Source: Antedon mediterranea (taxonomy: Eukaryota; Animalia; Echinodermata). Taken from it: DNA of 64,000 nucleotides. The translations under genes and the position numbers were made by a program. The notes under the pieces are model-generated. The model was not told where the DNA came from. It saw only the letters and a program-made list of their open reading frames with translations, and did no database searches. The DNA is taken from positions 7,440,001 through 7,504,000 of the forward strand of contig NC_092680.1 of NCBI RefSeq assembly GCF_964355755.1. Reading direction: 5' to 3'. Of the stretch, positions 13,501-28,500 are shown piece by piece (the first letter of the stretch is position 1; every line of letters starts with the position of its first letter).

Positions 13501-16500
13501 TGTAACATAATATCTCAAAACGATTATTCCATGATAGAACTTGACGCTGAGTTCTTTGAGTGTCAACTACAATCATTATGAGACATCTTCAAAAAGCACT
13601 TAGCAACATCATCATAATATTCATTTTCACATTGAACTTTTTTTTAAATAAATGATTTATTTGACGCTAAGCAGCAGAAACAGGTCCATTGAAATACGGT
13701 TATTAAATTTTGTGAACTGGTAACTGTTATAAGAACTGTTGAAAACATTGCATATAATGCTTCAGGATATGAAGCAATAGAATGTAAACTGTATTCAAAG
13801 TTCTTATAACTAAATCTTTGTTTTTAGACATTTTACCAGATAAAACACCACAGTCTTGGGGCCTGTTTCTATAGAGCAGAGAATACGGTTTTGAATACCG
13901 TTCTTTTCAAGAACCGTTTTTTCTTGCCAGCAGAAATGGGTCCCCACAAAAAACCACAAAAAAGAACCGATCTTAAAAACGGTTTCAAAAACCCCAATTG
14001 ATTGCGGTCTCGATCGCAAAGAACCGTTCTGAAACCGGTTTCCGCGGAGCAATTTTTAGCTGCAACACAATCGCGGTCTCAATTTGACCCCAAAAACTGA
14101 ACTCTGCAGTCTGCTGCACTGGGATGATTGCAGTCATCTCGCAGTCAAACTCGCGCGATAGGACCTAGGCCTAAGTCATTTTTATTTCTCTAGATAGTGA
14201 GTATTTTATTTAACTAAAAAATGTTGACCGATGCCATTACGAGGTTCGTAAAAAATATGTGAAGGAAAGAAGATGAGGGGACTTGTCGGGAGTCGGAAGA
14301 AAGACTCACGTATAGGCCTACATGTTTTTAAGAATATTGTAAAGCGTGTGAAAAATAGACGAGTTCAACTTGACAATATCAAAGGGTGCGACGTACCTAT
14401 ACTTTAACCAAGGACCACAATAACGTTTCGGGTAATAATTCCCCTTCTATGATGAAATGGATGCTATTTCTTGGGGATCGCGCTATGCGAAAAAAAGTAA
14501 ACATGACCTCGATCAAATCGCGCTTCCGCCTAACGAACTGCATTGTGGTGTATATAATGACGTCATTCATAACGAACGCACATGTACGGAACCGGTTTTA
14601 TTGGCGTAAAAATTGAGCTGCAACGCGATCTTTATTTATAAACAACAGCCGAAACCGGTTTCCAAAAAACCGTTCTTTTTTTATTTTTCAATAGAAACAG
14701 GCCCTTGGAATGTTCAAGAATGTTTTTGTGTGCATTGAAGTTTCTCTTTGCTTAAAAACATTTTTTAAAGATAAAATTCTTGCAATAAATTTAGAAAGTT
14801 CTATTGCAAAAAGATAGGACATAAGATTAAGTTCAGCATTTCATTTTTAGGCTGAGGACCTCGCTGTTCCAAAATCCTGTCTTCTGGTCTACAGATACAG
14901 TAGATAGACGCTAGCAAATTTATTTACCCAATAAACAGCAGATAGTAATTGATTTTAAAATAGCATGAATTCATTTTGTGAGGGTACACGAAGGAGACAG
15001 TAAATTAACAGAACGTCATGGTTTGTTAAAATTACTGTGTTCTTCGTCTTTTTTCCGAAACAAAACTCGCTAATGAGGAGTTCATAGAACAACCCACAAG
15101 AATAGCATCAACAGATTGCCAGTCATTTGTATTGATATTTTATGCGTGTGTTGAATGCACTTAAGAATATAACTGTAATCATAGATTATAATAAGTGGGT
15201 ATTACACATGTGTGATGCACGATCACGTAGCTCATAGGCTGTATAAATCATCTTATCAGTAGTATGCATTTTGAAGAATATCAAATGTATTGTAGCAATT
15301 GAAGGTGTATCCAGATCATGAATAAATACAAGTGTATTGCTTTGTTCAAGATAGATGTTCTACAGTAGAATGCCTCCTTTAAGACACCCCTATTCAGGGG
15401 ACACCTCTATTTTGGGGACGATTTCCTATAAATTAATGACAGGCAATATATGTTTTCTCTATGGCAAACCTCTATTTTGGGGACACTTTCCTATAAATTA
15501 ATGACAGGCATTATATGTTTTCTCTATGGCAAACCTCTATTTTGGGGACACTTTCCTATAAATTAATGACAGGCAGTATATGTTTTCTCTATGGCAAACC
15601 TCTATTTTGGGGACACTTTCCTATAAATTAATGACAGGCATTATATGTTTTCTCTATGGCAAACCTCTATTTTGGGGACACTTTCCTATAAATTAATGAC
15701 AGGCATTATATGTTTTCTCTATGGCAAACCTCTATTTTGGGGACACGTTCCTATAAATTAATGACAGGCAGTATATGTTTTCTCTATGGCAAACCTCTAT
15801 TTTGGGGACACTTTCCTATAAATTAATGACAGGCATTATATGTTTTCTCTATGGCAAACCTCTATTTTGGGGACACTTTCATATAAATTAATGACAGGCA
15901 GTATATGTTTTCTCTATGGCAAACCTCTATTTTGGGGACACTTTCCTATAAATTAATGACCGGCAATATATGTTTTCTCTATGGCAAACCTCTATTTTGG
16001 GGACACTTTCCTATAAATTAATGACAGGCAATATATGTTTTCTCTATGGCAAACCTCTATTTTGGGGACACGTTCCTATAAATTAATGACAGGCAATATA
16101 TGTTTTCTCTATGGCAAACCTCTATTTTGGGGACACCCTATCAAAGAAGAACTTCCGCCCAAAGGTGCCTCCTTAATAGGGGTTCTAATGTATTTTCAAA
16201 ATCAACATTTTATTTTCTAATTTCTTCAATTAAATTCAATAAATAAATAAATCATATTTCTAAATATTAAATAAACCACTAACCTGTGAAATCCACTTTT
16301 CCATAAAGATTCTGAATTTGTGGAGCTTTTCCGAGTTTAAATAGGTATAAACTGAAAAACATATAAGTAACATTGAACATATTTTAAATATAAATGTATG
16401 TATATTGACGATAAAAATTAATTATAGAAAAATGATAACGCCATTAAAAACATACATGATAATAATTTTGTGTTCACTCACCCACATTGTGTATGTGTTT

Positions 16501-19500
16501 TAGGGTGTAACTATAGAGTTGTTTTTTTTTAGCAAATTAACAGACTATTATCACATTTCTAAGAATTTAACTTCAATTCTGAAATTGAGGGTCACTAAAA
16601 TATCAGAAAAAGTGAAATGGTTTTTTGTTTGCATCATCATCAGGCCTTGTCTTTTGGAAATTGCAGGTGTGCTACAAATTGCACTCAACACATCCAGGTG
16701 TGTTATAGGTGTGCTGTTTGTATCTTAGTGTGTACAAGTTCATCAAATTCAAGTGTATTACAAATTTCACTCAACACCACATTCAGGTGTGTTGTAGGTG
16801 TGCTGTTTGTATCTTAGTGTGTACCAAGTTTACCAAATGTAAGTGCGCTTATACATTGTACAACTCATTTTAGGTGTTAGGTGAGTGATCGCACTCCTAC
16901 ACCTCAAAAGAAAAGCCATACATCTTTGCAACAGTTCATGACTTTTCTTCTTATACACGTGCACAACTATATTTTTTTAAGATTGAAAACCAATAGTTGG
17001 TGAATAGTCTACCTGAGAGCATGAACACAGTACACTACTCGAGGCATATTCTTTCTGTCATAAACATCTGTTGTCTCTGGATAAAATATCTATTACACAC
17101 ACACAAAAAAAAAGCAAAACAAAAATGACATTATTTCATGTACACTTCCTCATTCAAATATTAACAGTAAAATATTCATATATAAAAATATTTATAATAT
17201 TGTACGCAAACACAAATATTCAGATTAATATAAATACGGTAATAATGTGCTAAACTCATTATTAACATACGGTAATGATAGCAGATGGTTAATATTGGTA
17301 ATAAATGAACCACACGATAAGCCACAGATTTTAAAAAGTTCTGTAATCCTTTTTGAATATACCATATGACCGAATATAATCTCATGTTGGAATATAGTCT
17401 CATGTTGGAATGTTATCCCATGTTGGAATGTAATCCCATGTTGGAATATAATCCCATGTTGGAATATAATCCCATGTTGGAATATAATCCCATGTTGGAA
17501 TATAATCTCATGTTGGAATATAATCCCATGTTGGAATATAATCCCAAGTTGGAATATAATCCCATGTTGGAATATAACCCCATGTTGGAATATAATCCCA
17601 TGTTGGAATATAATCCCATGTTGGAATATAATCCCATGTTGGAATATAATCCCATGTTAGAATATAATCCCATGTTGGAATATAATCCCATGTTGGAATA
17701 TAATCCCAAGTTGGAATATAATCCCATGCTCAATAATCCCACCTATTTAATAATGACTAAATAAATAAATTGTTAATAGAATTATTTGTTTCTTTATTCA
17801 AATTTCGTACCCTACTCGACTATTATGTCATGTTCAGTATTTCTAGCTCCATGATTTCATAAATTTTAAAAACAAACTCTTCAAATGTTTCAAACTATCT
17901 AGATTGGATGAACCAAAACATTATCTAGATGATAACATACAGAACATTGTACATAACTTCCTGTACTTTAATGTACAAAAACACTAGTTGGCATGCTATG
18001 ATAACTACAAACTTGCATGTGGTAAAGGAAGGTTCATAAAGGTCTGTTCAAGTGTTATTTTTATTGCTATAGCAATGCTTGGCTTTACCTGTGGTAATCC
18101 AACGTCTTCCATTGACCTCAACCAATAGTTGATATTATCTGTGTGTCTAAAATGAAGGCCTTTTGACTGTAAAGACAAAAATAATAAAAGTAATATTAAA
18201 CAAATAATTTACAAATACCATTATAATGCACAGTGTATCATAAAGAAAGCAATAACATATTTTGTCGGAGAATGTATGAAGTGTTTCATTTAGTAGTACA
18301 GGTCTGATGGCCAATAAATCCTTGATATATAATAATACTGTATATAATATAATATTTATTTTTACTCTTTTTTTTCACGCTGCTGCTCTAGCCCGCTACG
18401 TCCCATTAGGACTACTCAATCAGAAGCTAAAGCAAGCAGCAGTTATAGTTCTAAGGACAGACAGTTTTGTGAAAATGGAAACTCCACTATGATTTATTGA
18501 TTCCAGTAGACCCAAAAAACGGCTGGGAAAGAGTCTATTAGGACATGTCATGCTAAAATTACAAATCCCTATATTCACTGTCAGTGTCAGATATTCATTG
18601 AATTATTATCGAAACAGTCCATTAAAGTTTGTGTTTGTAATAGGATACTTCACAATTGAAATATCTAGGGTGATGAAGTGACCCCCAGATTTGACCTTAG
18701 CAATAAAATTAACTAAAGTGACAGAAATTGAGTATTCACTTCTGTAACAAAAAAGTAATATTTATTTACATATAAAAAATGAAAAGAAACCCAAAAACCA
18801 TTGTCTGACAGACAATTTAAGTATTTGTTGCTTTAAATTACATTTTTTCAGGTAAAATAACTATTGTATCTCTTATGTGACAATAAAATGACACATTCAA
18901 AAACATTTGAAATAAAAAATATTTTTCAATAAGCGAGCAGCGTTTTTTGTAAGAAATATTTCTTGTTTACAATCTTTAGTTTTACAAGATATCTGTCTTG
19001 TAAAAAAAAAGGTGAATTAATAATATAGATAAGATACTGTTAAAGACATTTGTGTTTTCATTTTTTATAAAATTATTGATTTCCAAACAAATTGAATTTG
19101 GGCTATCTAAAATTATAAAATAGCATTTAATACTACCTTCCTCTTTCCCATTCAGTTTTTAAAAATGGTTTTAAAAAAATCCAGAAATTAAGGGTTTTTT
19201 GTACATACAATTTAACAGCAGTATGGGATTTCACAACTGTTATGTTTAATGCTATGGTTTGTATATGAATTGCAAAGGATATCAAACAAATTTAATAACA
19301 CATCTGTATTAGTATTACAATACACGTACACAAAATAAGATTGTTTAAAAAAATTTCTAAGCCTGTTAATTAACAACGGAAGCCAGAGAGGAAACTGTAA
19401 ATTTAACCATATTGAGAGCTAGTTTGACTAAATCGGCTAAAAATCAACTGCTTTAAACTTGATACACTCTTTCAATTATCTAGAGAGCTTTAGGATATTT

Positions 19501-22500
19501 ACATTAAAACATTGTATAAAATATAATTTTTAACATAAACAATCATGTAAAATTTTCTCTTTAAAAGATAAAACACATTTTTTTGGAGTTTGTTTTATCT
19601 ATATTAATTCGGCTAAAAATCAACTGCTTTAAACATGATACACTCTTTCAATTATCTAGAGAGCTTTTAGGATATTTATACTTTAAAACCTTGTATAAAT
19701 TAAAATATAATTTTTAACATAAACAATCATGTAAAATTTTCACTTTAAATAGGTAAAACACATTTTTTGGAGTTTGTTTTTTCTATATTAATATATAAAG
19801 AGAAACACATTTTTCTAAATTGCATGTATCCATACGACCTCGTGGAAAAACATATTTAGTCTTTTGAAATAAAGATTTTATGGTTATTACACATGGAGTA
19901 TCAAAATGGCAACAGTTGTATTGGGAAGTTTTTGAAAACTTAATAAAGTTTTAATTGCAAAGCTTCTTCAAAAATTATTCTTTTTTTAAAGTAATACACA
20001 GTGAAAATATCTTTCAGGGTCAATGAACTCTTAAGAGTGGAATGAGGGGCTGGCTAATAAGCCTTTAAAAAGCTTTCAGAAATTGTACCTATAAGTGAGT
20101 TTGTGAGTCCACAATGGGACAGTGGACACCTTTCTATGGACTGTGTTATCATTGGCAAGTAGCGATTCATATGTCATGGATTCAAAAAACAAAGTATTTA
20201 TAAATTTCACTTCTGAGAGATGTTATTTTTATTTTCTTAATATGGAAATTAAATGATATTGTTTCAATTGTGCTCAACGTATTAAAACTAAAAATAAACG
20301 ACGACTAAATATAGACAACGACAATACATTATGAAACAATATTAGTCTTGGAATTCCCAAGCTTCATTAGCGACTTTGTAAGTTTTGTTTTTCTCCACTT
20401 GAAACTAAAAGCAATCTTCTTTTTCCTTCCTTATCACACTGTAAAATCATTCATTGACTGAGCACCAAAGCCCTTCCTGCATCCATGCAATACTTAACGG
20501 GCGTTATCCTACCAGGATATATCCAGACTGATCTGAAATCCCTAGTGTATACTTAAGAGCCTACTCAAGCAAAGAAGGTATCGATGATATCAATTTGTTC
20601 CTGAAATAAAAGCTTAAAATAATTTGCAATAAACATTCCAATTATTGTCTTAATCCTACAGAATGAGAGAATGAATACTTTTGTAGCTTTCCAACAAAGG
20701 AAAATCTTGCTTTATATGACAAAAAATGATGTCATATTACTATCATATTTGGGCATATCACTACCATATTTGGGCACATCACATTTTGTTTTTGTCAAAC
20801 TAGTTTGATAGTGTAGGCAGAGCTTAACAGCAATGTACGTTCATTCAAATACAGCAACATAATTTTGCTTAAATTGTCCAAACAAAAAAATACATTGGAC
20901 ATGAAAACAATCTAGTATAGTCAATAGATTTCCCATGAAAGGTGCCCAATTGGGGAACAGGAGGCTAAAGTATTTCCTTGCACAAAATTTGACTACAATA
21001 AAAATACAACACCCACAAAAGATAAATATAAATACTACTACTGTATACAGAAAAACATTTGGTTGTTTTGGTTGACATAATGTCTAAAATTTATGTGGCA
21101 ACAAATGTTATGTGCCCATATGGACACGATGATGTCATACAGTATATCTACCATACTTGGGCATATCACTACCATATTTGGATACATCACACTTTTGTCA
21201 AACTACAGTATACTGTAGTTTGATAGTGTGATGTGCCCATATATGGACATGGTGATGTCATACAGTATATCTACCATACTGGGGCATATCACTACCATAT
21301 TTGGGCACGTCACACTTTTGTCAAAACAGAGCTTAAGACTGGTACAGTATATTATTATATCATCTGTATTTTAACATTTTTAGTAAAATTAATGTTTAAT
21401 CTTTGCAAACTAGGAGATTGAGTGTATTCAATTGCTTTCCTATATCAAATAAGGTGCTATCTTACTTGTCATGTCACAATAAAAGAAAACAATCAAACGA
21501 TTAATCTATCTATGAGTAAGAAACATTTCAGAGACAAGAAATAAGAAAATAGCATATGAACTTGAAAGTAAATTAAGATATAATTTGTTCAGCTTTCTAT
21601 TGCTAATCTAAACAACAATCATAGAAATTTGAATCTTATCTAAACAATAATCCTAAATAAATAGTAAGCTTTATATTAAAAGGGTCTGTGTCTGCTTATT
21701 AGTACATTTACTTTAAACTAGCATTAACTGTATTGTACCTTTACAGATACTGTATTTTACATTATCTAAATATAAAAAAACCCATAAACATATCAAAATC
21801 TACTATATCTATACTGTATGAAAATTATTGTTCGAAAACATTTCTTCATAAACATGTGTTTAAATACTTAAATTAACAATTACTTTCACATCTTGTACAA
21901 CCTACTATTTTTCCCTTTCAGCCATAAACTACATTGGATATTCGTCGTGAGGTGGTTGGTGGAAACAAGTTGTTTCTTTTAGGTGCGCTAATTACATTAA
22001 GTAACCACTAACTATATAATTGTCATATTACTCATGTTATGGAATTTTTCAATTTAGTGAACAATAGTGGTTTCACTCCTGGGAAACCTACTGTACAGGT
22101 TGTTTCACAGGTTGTATTAATAATAGAAAATAAGCAACTAAACAAGTTTGTCTGAACAAATGGAAAATTAATGAATTCTCTGTTGTTTACAACAGCTTAA
22201 AAAAGTACTACTACTAGCTGAATAGGTTTTTGTTTTGTTTTTCACTTACATACTTCTTTAAAGTAATTCATTTTTAATGTTCTATTTTCCCTGAATAGCA
22301 ACATAAATATGAATTTATAATGTACCTGTATGTATACTAGTGGAATTATTAATAATTAATAATATATAATGGAATTGAAATGTGCAATTCTTTGTTTTTT
22401 GTATGCCAGTTTTTCAAACATACAGTATCTCTGTTATTTTTATGATAAAGATTATGGTACTACAGTACAGTAATGACTATGAATATTTGATTTTTAAAAA

Positions 22501-25500
22501 CATACAATATTTACTGTATCAGGTTGAGGACAATTTAATTAATTTTAATCTAACCACAGATCACAAAATCGCACACTTTGTTCTATTTGTCATTAATTAC
22601 AGCAATGTCTCCTATTGGAATGTTGAAAATATCATGCGGATTACGATGCTTGAGGGCACTTGTCATGTGGTTTGCGCTGTCCGAAGGCTCTTCTAACAGT
22701 GCTCTACAGTATGCCCGCTCATGTTACTAGTGACGAATAACAATGAGGTCACGTTTAAAGTGTTGAGCATACAGAGAGTGAGAAAATATAAATATGAATC
22801 AGGATATCAAAAAGGTTACAAAGTCGTACACGTATTATTGATGATTTTACGGGCCAATCTCATTTTTATATACTGGCCTACATTATAAGTATTGAGTATG
22901 TATTTAGTAGTAGTACATAGAAACCTACAGAAAAATCTATTCAATTCAACATAAAAAAATCAGCAAACATCAATAATATATGTATAAAAACAATAAACAA
23001 CAAAGTATTTATTATTTGATCGAGGGACAGCATAGAGAGAGTCAACTATAAAGTCCGTCACTGTTGCTCCTCATGGCACATACAGTCAAATAATTACATA
23101 AACGTACACGTAAAACATAAAAACAACTATAGATGAAAACATACAGTATTAAAAAAAAATGTTTTCAATTACTGTTAGTGTTACAATTCTAACTTGACCT
23201 TATTTATGAAGAAATAATAATATAATAGAATACAGTATATTTTACAGCTAAATGAGGTTACAACGAACATTACTGTATTAAAATAAAGTTCTGTCTACAC
23301 TATCAAACTAGTTTGACAAAAAAAGTGTGATATGCCCAAATATGGTAGCGATATCCCAAAATATGGTAGTGATATGATGTCATCATGTCCATATATGGGC
23401 ACATCACATTTTTTTGTCACAAAGTTTGATAGTGTAGACCGAGCTCAACAGCATTGTTTCTCCTTTTGTTGACTTCTCAAAGAAATTGAACTCATTTGCA
23501 CACGGAGGGCCTGCTGTTTTCTGTCTACACAAACCGAAATATCACACCAATCTGTTAATACGTCATCATCTACCGCTTTTGTGACGTTTAGCTAAAAATA
23601 AAATATTAGTACCATACTTGGAATTTATATAAACGTGATTGTGTCGTTTATCTTTGTTTTTCGAAATGTTGAGAATGTGAATAAAACAAAACACATGTTT
23701 TGAATGTTTATATACAGGTATAGTTTATTGAAATAAACCATCTACTAATTCTAATAATGCTTTGTTTTATATACTTTTTAATTGTTCTATTTTTCAATTG
23801 TTTAATTTTTTACTTGCTGATAATGATATTATTGATTAAATGTTTTTGAACATAACCTTGATAGCTTCTATGAAATTGTTTCCAAAATATATAGTATACT
23901 GCAAAGAAAAATCTCCCAAAATCTCATAAATTAAGAAGGACTATTTTTGAATCTCAAGAAAGGTTTTTGATTTTGGGTCAATAACACCTTCAAGCTAGTA
24001 TCAGCCAATTTGAAACACTTTTGTTGAGTTTAAATCACTATAGAACCACACACAAATATAAAAGCAATTTGCAGTCAAAATTAAAGTCTAATTTGTTGTT
24101 ATCCATAATAAAAGGAAAAGGTACTACAAATGATTCATTACAGTAAGTTCATTATTCACTATTACAATATAAAATACATTTAAGTGTATAAAACAATAGT
24201 CGCGACGCAAAGTAATGAATCTCAATAAAACATGGCATTAATACACACAAGAGAATAGAGTTACATTACAATATCTTCAATTAAGGTAATTCTTCTCCTT
24301 ACAACTTCACAGTGATTTGCTACTTTGTATAAATCTTTTTATTATGCTTATTTGTAGTATTTAAATTGTTGTTTTAAAATAATATATCCACAATTGGACA
24401 CACCATGACAATTTTCAGGACAATTTCCCATGAAACAAATATGGGGAATTATATATTTTACCAACCTCTATTCAGGGGACATTTGTTTGGGTCTCGAAGG
24501 TGTCGCTTTAAGTTTCTAATGTATTGGAAGTACAGTATTGTCCTTCAATCTTTTATTTTAGTAAGTTTTAACTATTACAGAACGATCCCATTCTTCATGA
24601 TTCACAATGTTGTTTTTTCTTTTTTATATTTTGTAGTCGGTATAAATAATATAGTTTTTAGTTTTACTTGTCATGTCGACAACTAGGTGGTCAATGCTTA
24701 AAGTAATTCTTACTCATTTTGATCTCATTTCACAAATTGTCTTTTTATCTTTTTTTCTGAAGTATAATCTATTCTATTTTGTTGAATGATTGGAAAATAA
24801 ATGAAACAAACAAACAAACAAACAAACAAACAGTCGGTTGTAATTATTTTGGATAATGGAAACTCATTGTAACATTGGTTCTCCAAATTTCAAAGATAAA
24901 GAACGTTAACAATTGTTATGTTTAATGTTCAATGTTCTTGGATGAGATACCCTTAGATCATACACAATTTCATTTAATTGGAAACTTCCATATTCCAGTA
25001 GAAAACTAGCAAATATTAAATTAATCATTTCCTTTACTTGCACTTTGAGAAATGACAAATTTCCTACAAATTATTATGACAAACTTAAGATATTTAGAAT
25101 TTATCGGCTGCAATTTATGTTAAAAAAATAAGAAACATAATCTCTGATCACTAATCATAAATTGAGATCTGAAGCCATGTTTTTCATCATACTTTGTCAC
25201 CAGAGAGACTACGGTAAATGAAAAACCTTCTGCTACAGATAGTCTACTATTGAAACCAATGCTGTAAAGCTTTGTCTACACTATCAAACTAGTTGTTTTA
25301 TGTGCCAAAATATGGTAGTTGATATGACATCATCATGTCCATATATGGGGACATCACATTTTGAAGTTTGATTAACATTGTAGGCAGAGCAAACATGTTG
25401 AATAATTAATTTAGATATCACATTTGTTACTACAGTATACTGGTTGATAAATGATCCAATCAAACGTAATATTCATCAGGTAAAACTCCTTCCATTCTAT

Positions 25501-28500
25501 CAAGAACGAATAATTAAAAGCCGCAAGTATTTTAATGCAACCCTGGGCATTATGCAAATAAGATTTGAATGAATATTAAGTGTGTGCAGTTAACTATACT
25601 GTAGCAATGAACAATAAATCAACAGAAAGCAAAATGTATGAATGAATTAAACATATGCCAACTGTGTTCTTTACATAATTTTGCTTTACTTTTAAGAAAG
25701 AATAGAAATACATTAATAAGAAAGTGTCCCTTTAATAGGAGTTTCCCTGAATAGGGGTACCGAACCCATTAGGAGGTTTTCATAGTGGTAAAACATAATT
25801 TCCTCTCAGTTGTTTAACCAAGAATTGTCCCTTCAATAGAGGTGTCTCTGAATACGGGTACTCATTAGAAGGTTTTCATAGTGTTAAAATATATATTTGC
25901 TCTCATTCATTTTAACCAGGAAGTGTCCCTATAATAGGGATGTCCCAAAGGAGTGTTCAACTGTATTACTGGTTTACTTTACTCTTCACTACCTGTGGTA
26001 TGTACAGCACAAGTTAAAATATAAAAATGTAGAGTACGGTTTCATAACATGTGTAATCATTTTACTATCATTTAGATTAATTATTAACAAGATTTTCAAT
26101 CCATTTTGTTAATAACTATATATTAATAACTCGCATGCCTATTTAACCTGGTTAAAGTTGAAATGGGTCATGTACGTTTTATGTTGTTTTGTCTGTGAGT
26201 TATGTCTTTTGCAACAGGTGCCTGCATGAAGCTTCTTGAAATCTCTGTCTGTAGTTAAATGTTTTCTTTTTTGTAAGTTTAATAATAATAGCAGCTGAAC
26301 TGCTTAAAAAAATGTGAAAACAATTTCATCAGTCAGTCAATCAGTTTAATCCTATGCTTGAATAAAGTGTACCACCCTGAATTTACTGTAGGAGGCTGAA
26401 TTCGTCACATGACTTTGGTAACCATTGTTGCAATCTGATTATAATCCGACGGCCTAAAATGCTTACAACTTTTATACCCAGGCCTATGGGTAATCAAAAT
26501 ATACTATGAACAATCTCAACACTAAATTTGATCTCAAATTGAACATACTTCAAACCTGCAATTTTTGACGTTTGTAAAAGTAATGACTCTGTATAACTGT
26601 AAAAATATTAAAACCAGGTAAATTCTTGCCTTAAAAATGTGCGTTCTAAGGTCAGTTATGATAAACGAGAAAAACAATGCACTATCTAATTCTAAGTAGC
26701 TCATGTAGAAATTTCTCTCGTAGATGTTTTTTAGGCCTAACTTACAGTAGTTAGGGCGGCCACTAAAATTATTTATTTATTTACACTTTTAACCGTTTAA
26801 AGACAAAAAAATATCGCAGTATATAGTAGTATTTTTACATAAAATGCAGTGTGTGACCTTAAATTATGTGAAAAAGCCGCAGGTCTAGTGTCTTTGGGCC
26901 TGTTTCTGCTGCATCAAAAATAACCGGTTAAAATCGGTGTGAATAAATTAAAATCGGTGTGAATAAATTAACTCCATTTTCTTGGCAGCAGAAACAGGAC
27001 AAATTTGTGGTAACCGGTTAAAAGGCAGCGCAAAATAACCGGTTAAAAACACCAATTTAAATCGGTGTTAGAACGCCGTTTAACCGGTTATCGCTGAGCA
27101 ATTCTTAGCTGCAACACGAAATAACGGTTATTTGATTGACAGTTGTGACCCCGGGTCAGATACCGTCGCATACGATGTGTGTTTTCCTCGTGGTTTTGAC
27201 AGTCGAACGAAGAAGTGAACATGTATGTGGATGAATGAAATCACAAGATATGTTATTCAGTTGTGGGGGGAGAGAAAGTACGGGGAAGGATGGCAGGCAA
27301 TAGAAAAGAATCACAGATAATAAATAAGGGCATTTTTGCGAAAGTAAAAGAGGAGTTTGGGGTGGAGTTCCAGGGACTACCCAAGCTAAGCAATTTGAGG
27401 CGTTAATACATGCTCGCGAAGGGTATGGATGGTCCTATATAAACACCAAAACGGAAACAAAAGGAACTCAGAATGTTGCAAATACCTACCAAACGATAGT
27501 AGATAATGGTTAATTAATTATGAAAACCCAAATTTTATAGCAAAAATCATCCGAATTTATGTTATAAACGATGAATTTAGCAACAAAAACTTAATTCAAA
27601 CGAGCGTATTTATGGCACGCCCTTAGTGCCTTTAATAGGAGAACACTGAACATTCTTACTTTGATCGTTTTACATAACATAATTTTTTAGAAAAACATCA
27701 CATCGACCGAAAACAAAGGTAATCAGAGCCTTTGATAATATATTAAATATGATTTTATTAAGCATAGAAATGTGTTATTATTTATGTTAGTACATAAATA
27801 TACGAAATAATGTTCAATACTCATTACTTTATTAAAGGCACTATGTGCGTGCGATATTCTATGACTTGGATACTCTCGTTTTATTTAAGTTTTTGTGGCT
27901 AAACTCATCGTTTTTAACATAAATTCGGACGATTTTTGCTATAAAAGTTGGGTTTTCATAATTAATTAACAATTATCTACTCTCGTTTGGTAAGTATTGC
28001 AACAATCTGAGTCTCGTCTTTGTTTCCGTTTGGTGTTTTGTAGGACCGCGCTCGCGAAAGACAACAGTCGTTCACGTGGGAAGGGCCGTATTTCATCGCC
28101 TTTGTTGAGGATAAAAATTATCCTAGGCGATCGGGCGCTGCACGACCCTCCCCATCATGTTATTGAAGGCGCCATGAGAATTAATTTTATTAGCGATGTA
28201 AGTAGGCTTTACAAAAAACAAAACTTGTAGACCTGGAGACAACATTTTATTTTTTTAACATGTTTGAGTAAGATGTTCGGCGATATATACACACGTGTGT
28301 ACTCACGACGTCGATGTAAACAAACAGCCAACTTACTACTTCCGTCTGAGTGTATTGCATTTTGGGTAATGATGATGTTTTGCTCGACGACCACCCATAG
28401 ATTTAACCGGTTATTTCGGAGCACAAATTGAGCAGAAACGCGGTCTTGTTATTGTTATCTATTTTTAATCTATTTAAAAATAACCGGTTAAATTGCGTTA

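Noticed and set aside
15403-16137. CRISPR-like periodic array (period 65)
   Set aside because: Units are near-identical end to end with no unique spacers, there are no cas genes, and the context is a eukaryotic intron.
17366-17764. MLEYNP / MGLYSN repeat ORFs
   Set aside because: An 18-bp intronic minisatellite that happens to be open on both strands.
18377-18700. Less AT-rich segment that might be a nested gene exon
   Set aside because: Only short ORFs, no recognisable protein and no convincing splice-site pair.
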